DNA of 29,953 nt from a virus (Duplodnaviria > Caudoviricetes), in the IMG/VR virus record IMGVR_UViG_3300042399_000080, positions 1 through 29,953 of that record; one strand, written 5' to 3'. The notes beneath the pieces were generated by a model. It saw nothing but the letters and a program-made list of their open reading frames with translations, was not told the DNA's origin and searched no databases. Shown here one piece after another: positions 17,692 through 26,433 of this stretch (within the stretch, counting starts at the first letter, position 1; every line of letters begins with the position of its first letter). The position numbers were made by a program, and so were the translations under genes.

Positions 17692-18384
17692 ATGGCAGCA
17701 GTAATAGGAAATAACGTAATGCTTTATTGGCATAGAACAGATGTTGACCCAGAGGTTGATGTCGCTTTTGCGTGTAGTACAAATTGTACTTTTAATGTAA
17801 ACGTTGACCAAAAAGAGGTAACAAGTCAATCAAGTGCTTGGTTTCGTGAATATAAAAACGATGTGGCTACTTGGAATGTAACTTGTGATGGGTTGATTAC
17901 TTTGACTGGTTTTTCTTATTTGTTTATGTTAGACAAGCAATTAGCCAGAGAACCAATAGAGATTAAGTTTGTTGTTGATAATGGAGTAGATGGATTGGTT
18001 ATTATTAACGGAATTTGTAATATTACAAGTTTATCAATAAACGCACCTCAAAAAGATGTGGCTACATATAATGTGAGCCTACAAGGTAGCGGAGCGTATA
18101 ACACAACAGGAACAAGTGTAGACCCAGAAGGAATTATTATAGTAGGTGCAAACCCTGTTAAGACTAAAGGTTACACGGCATCTGGTGGCGAAACATCAAT
18201 TACATTTGCTGACACGATTGGTTACAATTGTCTTTACGTTTCAAGAGGTGGTGTGGATGCACAAAACATTTTAACAAGTGGAGTTCCAACTGGCGATGAT
18301 GTAAAGTTTGTGAGTGCGACAGGAGTTCTTACTTTTGGTAGAGCATTAGCAGCTGGGGAGTATATTAGAGGATTATTTCAATAA
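17692..18384 (+). CDS. Second tail-tube-like protein with C-terminal beta extension
   Basis: FACSTNCTFNVNVDQKEVTS...WNVTCDGL...ITSLSINAP..DVATYNVSLQGSG is tube-like; extra ~85 aa. Confidence 0.7.
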   Translation: MAAVIGNNVMLYWHRTDVDPEVDVAFACSTNCTFNVNVDQKEVTSQSSAWFREYKNDVATWNVTCDGLITLTGFSYLFMLDKQLAREPIEIKFVVDNGVDGLVIINGICNITSLSINAPQKDVATYNVSLQGSGAYNTTGTSVDPEGIIIVGANPVKTKGYTASGGETSITFADTIGYNCLYVSRGGVDAQNILTSGVPTGDDVKFVSATGVLTFGRALAAGEYIRGLFQ

Positions 18385-18390
18385 AATATT

Positions 18391-21300
18391 ATGAGTCAAT
18401 TACAAGTAACAGGCGAAGCAAAGATTAGGGATATACAAGGTCCAGTAGTGGCTAATAGTGGTGTTATAACCGCTTTAGATGGTGCTGCTTCTCAATATGT
18501 ACGAGGGGATGGTACGTTAGCTGATTTCCCTACATCAACAGGTGGTGGAAGTTCCGTTTCTTATTATCTTAATTCAAGTGTAAGTCAAGGTACAATAGGA
18601 GGGGTTGCTTATAGAGAATTAAGCAAAGAACCAATCATAGGTGCTGGAACTGACATTGCCATATCTTCAAACGGATATGTAGCAAGTTACTTAACTGATG
18701 CTAACGACCCTGATGTATTATCAATTCCTGGCGGTAACTTTAATTGTGAGTTTTATTTTAGTGTAAACAATAACACAGGAAACCCTTTTTTCTATGCAGA
18801 ACTTTATAAGTACGATGGCACTACTTTTACCTTAATAGGTAGTAGTGTTGGAGTTCCTGAGTATATTAATCAAGGAACTGTAATTAATCCTTATTATTTT
18901 GCAATACCTGTTCCTACAACTCCCTTAGCTTTAACAGATAGATTTGCAATTAGAATCTATGTAAACGTAGATGGTAGAACAGTTACTTTACATACTGAGA
19001 ATGGTCATTTGTGTCAAGTAGTAACAACCTTATCTAAGGGGATGGTTTCTTTGAATAACCTAACAGATCAATCACAAAACTTAACCACAGGAACAAGTGG
19101 TACAAACTTCGCTATCGTTTCAAGTGGCGATACCCATACTTTTAACCTACCTATTGCTTCGGCTACAAATACAGGTAAGTTGAGTTCAACTGATTGGAGT
19201 ACGTTTAATAATAAACAAGCTGCATTATCATTTACTGCTCCTTTAAATAACACAAGCAATACAATATCAATACCTGCTGCTACAAGTTTAGTAGATGGTT
19301 ATTTGGATAACTTAGATTGGGTTAAATTCGATACTGCTTACAATAGAAGTTTAACAAGTGCAGCGGTTACAGGAACAACAACTAAGACATTAACTTTAAA
19401 TAAACAAGATGGCGGTACAATAACTGCTTCTTGGACAGATGACAATACGGATGCGGTTACAAGTGTATTTGGTAGAACAGGTGCGGTTGTAGCAACGAGT
19501 GGTGATTACAATACATCACAAGTAACAGAGTTAACAAACCTTTACTTTACGGATGCAAGGTCAAGAGCTGCTTTAAGTTTTACGGCTGGTAGTGGTGCTT
19601 ACAATAGCACAACAGGAGTAATCACAATACCTACAAACACTAACCAACTTACTAATGGTGCATCTTTTATAACATTAGCTTCTTTAAGTGCAGGTACAGG
19701 AATAACATACAACAATACAACAGGGGTAATTACTAACTCTGCTCCAGACCAAACTGTTAGTTTAACTCAAGGTGCTGGGATATCAATTAGTGGTACTTAT
19801 CCTTCTTTTACGATAGCTTCTACGATTACTCAATACACAGATGCACTTGCAAGAGCAGCGATTAGTTTGACCACAACAGGTACAAGCGGTGCAGCTACTT
19901 ATAATTCAACAACAGGGGTGTTTAATATCCCTAACTATACACCTGATTTAAGTGGGTATGTAACAATAGGGACTACTCAAACTATTACAGGAACTAAAAC
20001 TTTTAGCGAGGCTAATAGACAAGAATCAGGTTTGCTTCTTAAAAATAATGTTATTGCAGGTTTAGCAGGATATACAAGTCTTGGTGGTGCAACTAACGGA
20101 CTTGCTATTCAATTAAGTGGAAGTAGTAGTATACAGACTTTGATATTCCAATCTGCTGCTGCGTATTCATATACCCTACCTGCTACAAGTGGAACTATTG
20201 CTTTAACGAGTAATATTTCTTACCCTGTAACTTCGGTATTCGGTAGAACAGGTGCAATTGTAGCCGTTAGCGGAGATTACAATACAGATTTAGTTACTGA
20301 GGGAATAACTAATCTATACTTTACAAATGCGAGGTCAAGAAGTGCAATCAGTTTAACTGTAACAGGAACGAGTGGTCCTGCATCATACAATAGCACAACA
20401 GGTGTTTTAAATGTTCCTCAATATAGTACAGATTTAAGTGGCTATGTTACTATTGCTACAACACAAACAATAACAGGTAATAAGACATTTAGTGAAGCAA
20501 CAAGGCAAGAGTCAGGGTTGTTATTAAAGAATGGTGTATTAGCAGGTGCAACAGGTTATGCAAGTTTAGGTGGCGCTTCTAATGGTTTAGTTGTTCAGTT
20601 AAGTGGAAGTGCAAATCAGCAAACATTAATATTCCAATCAGGAGCAGCTTATTCTTACACATTACCTGCAACAAGCGGTACATTAGCCTTAACAAGCCAA
20701 TTAACAAGCGGTACAGTTACAAGCGTAGGGTTATCTTCTGCAACAAGTGGAGTAACTATTGGTTCAACTCCTATCACTACAAGTGGTACGATTACTTTAG
20801 CTATTGCAACTGCAAGTGGTTCACAAAATGGATTACTATCAAGTACAGATTGGACTACGTTTAACAACAAGCAAAACGCTTTAACTAACCCTGTAACAGG
20901 AACAGGTACAACAAACTACCTACCTAAGTTTACAGGTGCAAGTACAATAGGCAATAGTGTAATACAAGAGTCAAGTGGTAATATTGGAATAGGTGTTACC
21001 CCAACTTATAAATTAGATGTTCGTGGGTCTTCTGGTGCATATTGGAATGGTTCAACTTATACAGGAGGTACACCATTAGCTATTTCAATTACGAACACAG
21101 AAGTTGGCGGTTATGACCCTGTATTAATTTTTCAACAAACAGATAGCGGTGGGACTTCAAAAAATTCAGGTGGTATAGGTATAGTTGGAAGGTCATCTTG
21201 GACTTCAGGTAATAATAGTACTCAAATTTCAGATATGTATTTTCTTGTTAGAAATGACAATGGAGGAATATCAGAAAGAATGCGTCTAACCTCTTCAGGC

Positions 21301-22674
21301 AATTTAGGATTAGGAGTTACACCGAGTGATACATTAAGCTATGGTAGAGCATTAGATATTCAAGGAACAGCAGGGAGTGCATTATACGTAAGGAGCGGAA
21401 CAAATTCATCAACTGTTTATGGTCTTTTTTCTTACGATAATAATACAGTTAGAACTAATATCGGTGGCATAGGAACAGGTAATTATTTAAGATTTATTTC
21501 TGGTGGCTCAGAGGCTATGCGTCTTAACGCTTCAGGTAATTTAGCAGTAGGCACAACCACAGATGCAGGATATAAGTTAGATGTTAATGGTACAGGAAGG
21601 TTTACAGGTTTATTAGTTAGTAATTCTACCGATACTTACCCCGAATTTAGAACAAGTCCTTCCGATGCAGATGTATTTTTAGGATTTTCAAATACAGGAG
21701 ATGGAAATAATGCTTGGGGAATCGGTAGAAGAAATACTGGTGAATTTTGGATAACAAATTTTACTGGCAACTTTAATAGTGGCACAAGAACAACAGTTCT
21801 TTCTTTAGCTTCTACAGGTGCAGCTACATTCTCAGCAGCAACTTCAGCAATAACATTAACAACAAATGGCGCAGCAAATCAATGGACAAGTAAAGTATTA
21901 GCTAATTCAACAAGTGGTCAATCTTATGGTTTAACTGTTCAAGCAGGTACTAACTCAAGTGATATAGGATTTCAAGTTATCCCAGTATCTGGTACAGGTG
22001 CATTATTATATGTTAGAGGAGATGGTAACGTAGGAATCGGAACGACAAGTCCAAGTTACAGGTTAGATGTTAATGGTACTAATGGTTCAATAGGTGTTTA
22101 TGGTTCAGGATATACTGTAAACCCTACTCCTATGTTAATTGGCTTGTATACTTCTTCAATCGGATATATTCAAGTACCATCTTCAGGAAGGATAGATATT
22201 TGGAATGGTGCAACAGGAGCAATTGCTACATTTTATAATAATAGTAATGTTCAATTTAATGGTAACGTATTAGTAGGAACAGGAACAGATAGTGGTCAAA
22301 AGCTACAAGTAAATGGTACTGCTTCATTTAGTTCTTCAGTAACAATAAACGGATTATTAACTAACTACAATACATTTAATACTCGAACTGCAAGTTATAC
22401 ATTAGTATTATCAGATGCAAGTAAGATTATTGAAACAAACGTAAGTACTGCTAATACAGTTACAGTACCAACTAATGCGAGTGTTGCTTTCCCAATAGGA
22501 ACTGAGATTACAATTATGCAATACGGAGCAGGTAATACTACAATAGTAGCTGCAAGTGGTGTAACATTTAGAAGCAAAGATTTTAGTACACGAATTGGCG
22601 ACCAATACACAGGTGCTACTTTAATCAAAAGAGATACAAATGAATGGTATTTAATCGGTAATATTCAACCATAA
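18391..22674 (+). CDS. Long tail fibre / receptor-binding protein
   Basis: 1427 aa, T/S/G-rich; repeated VTSVFGRTG, SSTDWxTFNNKQ, GNxGIG...YKLDV modules; C-terminal SYTLVLSD...W.LIG domain. Confidence 0.88.
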   Translation: MSQLQVTGEAKIRDIQGPVVANSGVITALDGAASQYVRGDGTLADFPTSTGGGSSVSYYLNSSVSQGTIGGVAYRELSKEPIIGAGTDIAISSNGYVASYLTDANDPDVLSIPGGNFNCEFYFSVNNNTGNPFFYAELYKYDGTTFTLIGSSVGVPEYINQGTVINPYYFAIPVPTTPLALTDRFAIRIYVNVDGRTVTLHTENGHLCQVVTTLSKGMVSLNNLTDQSQNLTTGTSGTNFAIVSSGDTHTFNLPIASATNTGKLSSTDWSTFNNKQAALSFTAPLNNTSNTISIPAATSLVDGYLDNLDWVKFDTAYNRSLTSAAVTGTTTKTLTLNKQDGGTITASWTDDNTDAVTSVFGRTGAVVATSGDYNTSQVTELTNLYFTDARSRAALSFTAGSGAYNSTTGVITIPTNTNQLTNGASFITLASLSAGTGITYNNTTGVITNSAPDQTVSLTQGAGISISGTYPSFTIASTITQYTDALARAAISLTTTGTSGAATYNSTTGVFNIPNYTPDLSGYVTIGTTQTITGTKTFSEANRQESGLLLKNNVIAGLAGYTSLGGATNGLAIQLSGSSSIQTLIFQSAAAYSYTLPATSGTIALTSNISYPVTSVFGRTGAIVAVSGDYNTDLVTEGITNLYFTNARSRSAISLTVTGTSGPASYNSTTGVLNVPQYSTDLSGYVTIATTQTITGNKTFSEATRQESGLLLKNGVLAGATGYASLGGASNGLVVQLSGSANQQTLIFQSGAAYSYTLPATSGTLALTSQLTSGTVTSVGLSSATSGVTIGSTPITTSGTITLAIATASGSQNGLLSSTDWTTFNNKQNALTNPVTGTGTTNYLPKFTGASTIGNSVIQESSGNIGIGVTPTYKLDVRGSSGAYWNGSTYTGGTPLAISITNTEVGGYDPVLIFQQTDSGGTSKNSGGIGIVGRSSWTSGNNSTQISDMYFLVRNDNGGISERMRLTSSGNLGLGVTPSDTLSYGRALDIQGTAGSALYVRSGTNSSTVYGLFSYDNNTVRTNIGGIGTGNYLRFISGGSEAMRLNASGNLAVGTTTDAGYKLDVNGTGRFTGLLVSNSTDTYPEFRTSPSDADVFLGFSNTGDGNNAWGIGRRNTGEFWITNFTGNFNSGTRTTVLSLASTGAATFSAATSAITLTTNGAANQWTSKVLANSTSGQSYGLTVQAGTNSSDIGFQVIPVSGTGALLYVRGDGNVGIGTTSPSYRLDVNGTNGSIGVYGSGYTVNPTPMLIGLYTSSIGYIQVPSSGRIDIWNGATGAIATFYNNSNVQFNGNVLVGTGTDSGQKLQVNGTASFSSSVTINGLLTNYNTFNTRTASYTLVLSDASKIIETNVSTANTVTVPTNASVAFPIGTEITIMQYGAGNTTIVAASGVTFRSKDFSTRIGDQYTGATLIKRDTNEWYLIGNIQP
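19850..20697 (+). repeat. Diverged internal duplication in tail fibre (about 360 bp x2, 486-bp offset)
   Basis: About 19850-20211 vs 20336-20697; both encode AISLT..GTSG...DLSGYVTI.TTQTITG.KTFSEA.RQESGLLLKN...YTLPATSGT.ALTS. Confidence 0.9.
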
Positions 22675-23063
22675 TGAAGTTAGTAAAACAAGGAATAATA
22701 ATGTCAGCTAATGGAGGTACACCAACTTACATTGAAATTGTCAACTCCTCTTTGGATATTGAAATAGCAAACGTATATATTGGTGCGACTTTAATGCAGG
22801 TTTGGAGTGGTATATTACCTAATACAACAGGTAATGGAACTACTTTAAAAGTACCTTTAGGTGTAACTATTCCTAATTATTACGATATTACTATTTACTA
22901 TGGTGCATCGTCAACAGGTCAAAAAATAACATTTACAGATAGTACATCAACAGTATATTGTCAAGATACAAATGTTGGGAATAATACAATGGTCTTTTAT
23001 GGTGTTTATGTAGATAATACGACTTATTGTATAATATCGGCTGAAGATGGAAGTTGCCTTTAA
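22674..23063 (+). CDS. Hypothetical fibre-associated protein
   Basis: 129-aa beta-rich ORF coupled (TAATG) to the fibre gene. Confidence 0.6.
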   Translation: MKLVKQGIIMSANGGTPTYIEIVNSSLDIEIANVYIGATLMQVWSGILPNTTGNGTTLKVPLGVTIPNYYDITIYYGASSTGQKITFTDSTSTVYCQDTNVGNNTMVFYGVYVDNTTYCIISAEDGSCL

Positions 23064-23082
23064 AAAATAAAAATAAAATAAA

Positions 23083-23403
23083 ATGAAAACAATTCAACCA
23101 GTGGTATTCCCACTAAACTTAGGAACGGCAACAATCCTTAACGCTTATTGTATTAATGACAATCTAAGCGATGCTGCTACTTTTTACTACGCACTTTTAA
23201 GCGACACTCAAAGTCAATTACAACAAGGTAACTTAACAATGACAGGCGAAGATTACGTTGGTTGGGCAACAAATGAGTATGCTTACAATTGGGTAGCTAC
23301 TCAAATTGATGTTACAATCACAGGTGATTATGTACCTCCAGTACCAGAACCAGAGCCTACTCCAGAGCCAATTATTGAAGAAGCTAGTGAAGAATCAATT
23401 TAA
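23083..23403 (+). CDS. Hypothetical protein, possible fibre assembly/accessory factor
   Basis: 106 aa with acidic PEPEPTPEP tail; A-rich start context. Confidence 0.6.
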   Translation: MKTIQPVVFPLNLGTATILNAYCINDNLSDAATFYYALLSDTQSQLQQGNLTMTGEDYVGWATNEYAYNWVATQIDVTITGDYVPPVPEPEPTPEPIIEEASEESI

Positions 23404-23416
23404 TTGAATATTTAAC

Positions 23417-23424
23417 TATATTTG
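23417..23424 (+). promoter_or_regulatory. -7 promoter box (TATATTTG) for lysis region
   Basis: TAnnTTTG match, intergenic. Confidence 0.6.
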
Positions 23425-23441
23425 TATATAAAATAAAAACT

Positions 23442-23585
23442 ATGATAACAATTAATCAAGAACAAATCAAGGAATTAGAAGCGTTTATTAACACTATCCC
23501 AACTGCTTATGGTTTACCATTATTGCAGTTCTTAGGTAAGTTAAATGCAGAACAAAATCCACCACAAGAATCAACTGAAGCGTAA
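23442..23585 (+). CDS. Hypothetical protein (47 aa)
   Basis: MITINQEQIKELEAFINTIPTAYGLPLLQFLGKLNAEQNPPQESTEA; AAAAACTATG start; TAATG coupling. Confidence 0.65.
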   Translation: MITINQEQIKELEAFINTIPTAYGLPLLQFLGKLNAEQNPPQESTEA

Positions 23586-23758
23586 TGGTACATAATAGCA
23601 ATCAATCGGACTTATTAACTATTGTTAGCGGAACATCCGCATTTATTAGTGTTGCGAATGTGCAACCCATAGTTTCTTTAATAGCTTCGTTGATTGCTAT
23701 TGTTTCTGGACTTTTAGCTGCACGATATTACATCAAAGCGACCAAAAGATTCAAGTAA
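23585..23758 (+). CDS. Holin-like membrane protein (57 aa)
   Basis: Hydrophobic IVSLIASLIAIVSGLLAA with basic C-terminus; coupled on both sides. Confidence 0.6.
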   Translation: MVHNSNQSDLLTIVSGTSAFISVANVQPIVSLIASLIAIVSGLLAARYYIKATKRFK

Positions 23759-24291
23759 TGAAAGATGTAGTAATCGTTCTATTAGTGGCGGTTCTAATCT
23801 TTTTTATCGCAAGTGAGGCACGATACACCAAAAGTGAACCTGTAATTGTAAGCGACACAGTTTACCAACAAAAAACTTTTACTAAGTTTATAAAGGGAAA
23901 TTCAATCCCTTTTGTCGTTTTAGACACAATTTACATAGTTAAAACCGACACAATTACAATCGTTAAGGATTATAACCAAGTAAAGGTTTATTCCGATACT
24001 ATGCGCATAGATTCTATTGGATACGCATACATACAAGACACAATCAGTCAAAACAAGATACAAGGAAGGGGTTTTAGTGCCAATTTTAACCTTCCGACCA
24101 TAACAATTACCAAATTAATAGAGCCAAAGTCAAAGAACCAGCTTTATTTGGGGTTTATAGGCGATTTAAAGCACTCAAACGGACAAATTGGTATTGGTGG
24201 CTCAATTGCCCTTAAAACGGCTAAAAACACCTTATATACGGCAACGGCAACAATGAACGGATATTCTTTTGGATACTATAAAAAGTTTTAA
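23758..24291 (+). CDS. Membrane-anchored/secreted lysis-cassette protein (spanin candidate)
   Basis: N-terminal hydrophobic helix, extended DT-rich middle, C-terminal beta strands ending in Phe. Confidence 0.55.
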   Translation: MKDVVIVLLVAVLIFFIASEARYTKSEPVIVSDTVYQQKTFTKFIKGNSIPFVVLDTIYIVKTDTITIVKDYNQVKVYSDTMRIDSIGYAYIQDTISQNKIQGRGFSANFNLPTITITKLIEPKSKNQLYLGFIGDLKHSNGQIGIGGSIALKTAKNTLYTATATMNGYSFGYYKKF

Positions 24292-24292
24292 T

Positions 24293-24487
24293 ATGAAAAA
24301 GTTTATTATTTCAATGTTTAGTGATGAGGTGGGTGCAATGAGCCATAAAAGGATTTTAGCTTTTATTGGTTCAATTTGTCTTTATGTAACTTTTGTAATT
24401 ACTAAAAATGACCATTTAGGCGATTTAGTTTTTTATATGAGTATGGCATTTGCAGGTTTAACAACTATTGATAAATTCAGTAAATAA
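24293..24487 (+). CDS. Holin-like two-TM protein
   Basis: SHKRILAFIGSICLYVTFVI and LVFYMSMAFAGLTTIDKF; ATG 24293 preferred over TTG 24269. Confidence 0.6.
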   Translation: MKKFIISMFSDEVGAMSHKRILAFIGSICLYVTFVITKNDHLGDLVFYMSMAFAGLTTIDKFSK

Positions 24488-24573
24488 TGAAAAACAACGA
24501 AAAAAGAGCATTTGCAATTGGTTTTGTATTGTGGGTAATTGGATTAGTTTACTTCATAAATCAAGTAATATGA
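24487..24573 (+). CDS. Small single-TM peptide (28 aa)
   Basis: MKNNEKRAFAIGFVLWVIGLVYFINQVI; coupled to both neighbours (TAATG, ATGA). Confidence 0.5.
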   Translation: MKNNEKRAFAIGFVLWVIGLVYFINQVI

Positions 24574-25172
24574 TATCCAAGAAGGCAATTGAAATGATAA
24601 TTAAGCACGAGGTTGGAGGCAGAGCCGTTTACGAGAAGCGTTATCAAAAGCCTATTTGGGCTGGAGGCGATTCTGGATGTACGATTGGCTTGGGCTATGA
24701 TTTGGGCTATGTAACCGAAAAGCAGTTCTTTAGCGACTGGGATGGCTTAAATTTAAACTTTCTTAATGCGTTAAGGAAAGTGGTAGGGATAAAAGGTGAA
24801 TCGGTTAAATCAATGATGCGTGGCGAAATACTACAAGTTAGGATTCCGTACAATTTTGCTTATGATGTATTCGTTAATAAGTCGCTACCTAAATACTATG
24901 CTTTGACAAAGGCTATTTATCCAGAACTTGATACTTTAAACGAGGACACGAGGGGTGCGTTGGTTTCAATGATCTATAACAGAGGCAATAAGTTGGATGG
25001 CGATAGGCGCAAGGAAATGAGGGCAATAGTTAATCTTGTGGCAAAAGCTGATTACGAGGGCATAGCTGACCAAATAGAAAGGTCTAAAAGACTCTGGGAA
25101 AATGTCGGACTTGATGGACTTGTAAAAAGAAGGGAAGAAGAAGCAGACCTAATTCTAAATAGTATCGCATAA
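24570..25172 (+). CDS. Endolysin, lysozyme fold (pesticin C-terminal/GH24-like)
   Basis: IIKHE...SGCTIGLGYDLG...ALVSMIYNRG...GLVKRREEEA; likely start ATG 24570, not 24468. Confidence 0.85.
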   Translation: MISKKAIEMIIKHEVGGRAVYEKRYQKPIWAGGDSGCTIGLGYDLGYVTEKQFFSDWDGLNLNFLNALRKVVGIKGESVKSMMRGEILQVRIPYNFAYDVFVNKSLPKYYALTKAIYPELDTLNEDTRGALVSMIYNRGNKLDGDRRKEMRAIVNLVAKADYEGIADQIERSKRLWENVGLDGLVKRREEEADLILNSIA

Positions 25173-25183
25173 AACCAAAACCT

Positions 25184-25924
25184 ATGGCAACAACAAAAAC
25201 AAAACGCAGAAGGCTTTTTTTTGACATTGAAACAAGTCCAAACATCGGTTTATTTTGGGAAGCTGGGTATAAGAAAAACATTGACTATTCAAACATAATA
25301 CAAGAAAGGGCAATTATTTGTATATGTTATAAATGGGAAGATGATAAGGAGGTATATGCTTTACAATGGGATGCAAAGCAGAATGATAAAAAAATGCTTG
25401 AACAGTTTATTGAGGTTGCAAATGTAGCTAATGAATTAGTAGGGCATAATGGAGATAAGTTTGATTTAGCTTGGATTAGAACAAGATGCTTATTTCATAA
25501 AATAGAAATGTTCCCAAAATACACAACAATTGATACATTAAAGGTTGCAAGGCAAAAGTTTAGGTTTAACTCTAACAGGCTTAACTATATAGCTGACTTC
25601 TTAGGCATAGGACAAAAGATCAAAACAGAATATAGTCTTTGGAAAAATATTTTATTGCATAAAGACAAAGCTGCAATGGAAGCTATGATTAAGTATTGTA
25701 AAAAAGATGTGGTTTTATTAGAAAAGGTATTTAAAATGCTTTCAAATCATATAGAGCCTAAAACTCATTATGGGGTAATATTTGGGGAGGATAGAGGCAG
25801 TTGTCCAGAGTGCGGTTCGGATGATTTAATTAGAAATAATAAGGTTGTAACGGCTACTGGTTTGACAAGGATACAATTCAAGTGCAAAACTTGTAATAAA
25901 TTTCATTCAAAGACTGATAAATAA
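25184..25924 (+). CDS. DnaQ/RNase H-like 3'-5' exonuclease with C-terminal zinc ribbon
   Basis: FFDIET, GHNGDKFD, YCKKDV exonuclease motifs; CPECG...CKTC. Confidence 0.88.
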   Translation: MATTKTKRRRLFFDIETSPNIGLFWEAGYKKNIDYSNIIQERAIICICYKWEDDKEVYALQWDAKQNDKKMLEQFIEVANVANELVGHNGDKFDLAWIRTRCLFHKIEMFPKYTTIDTLKVARQKFRFNSNRLNYIADFLGIGQKIKTEYSLWKNILLHKDKAAMEAMIKYCKKDVVLLEKVFKMLSNHIEPKTHYGVIFGEDRGSCPECGSDDLIRNNKVVTATGLTRIQFKCKTCNKFHSKTDK

Positions 25925-25925
25925 T

Positions 25926-26117
25926 ATGAGATACCCTAAAAACTTTGCAAAATTGACACCAATACAACAAGAGCAATGGTTAGTTACTAAACTAATTGAA
26001 TTGCACAACTTAGAGCAAGAGATCAAGTTAACCTTAGGCAAAATAAGAGGTGGTGAGAAACTTATATTTAAAGAAATAGACAGACCAGATTTGGCTTTAT
26101 TAAAAGATGAAGATTAA
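25926..26117 (+). CDS. Hypothetical protein
   Basis: 63-aa ORF, tightly packed, AATATG start. Confidence 0.6.
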   Translation: MRYPKNFAKLTPIQQEQWLVTKLIELHNLEQEIKLTLGKIRGGEKLIFKEIDRPDLALLKDED

Positions 26118-26376
26118 AGTTATATATCGTAAACTCGGAAGGGAACAGGCTCACGGCATTGCTGAAAGTGATGGTGTAGTTTATATTGACTCACGGCTAA
26201 AAGGCAAGAAGCAGCTTGAAATCCTATTGCACGAGTGCTTGCATATACTCAATCCAATGGATGATGAAGATGCAATTATTGAGAAAAGTGTAACTTTATG
26301 TAAGGTTCTTTGGCAGCAAGGATACCGAATGGTTGACAATTCTAACGATACACCATTACAAGATGGTTCTAAATAG
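26107..26376 (+). CDS. Small HEXXH metallopeptidase-like protein
   Basis: VYIDSRL....QLEILLHECLH. Confidence 0.7.
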   Translation: MKIKVIYRKLGREQAHGIAESDGVVYIDSRLKGKKQLEILLHECLHILNPMDDEDAIIEKSVTLCKVLWQQGYRMVDNSNDTPLQDGSK

Positions 26377-26392
26377 TTGTTCGTTCATAGTT

Positions 26393-26420
26393 CCTCACCC
26401 CTAAAAAGGTGGGGTTTTTT
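26393..26420 (+). terminator. Intrinsic terminator 1
   Basis: CCTCACC / GGTGGGG stem plus T6. Confidence 0.85.
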
Positions 26421-26423
26421 ATA

Positions 26424-26431
26424 TATCTTTG
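26424..26431 (+). promoter_or_regulatory. -7 promoter box (TATCTTTG) with no downstream ORF
   Basis: TAnnTTTG match between two terminators. Confidence 0.6.
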
Positions 26432-26433
26432 GC

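Noticed and set aside
19850-20697. Diversity-generating retroelement TR/VR pair in the tail fibre
   Set aside because: Both copies are in-frame coding, differences are not adenine-specific, and there is no reverse transcriptase.
23335-23400. CCAGAG/CCAGAA repeats
   Set aside because: They simply encode a Pro-Glu linker (PEPEPTPEP).
24468-24569. N-terminal SAR or signal extension on the endolysin
   Set aside because: Better explained by a separate coupled 28-aa peptide (24487-24573) and an ATG start at 24570.
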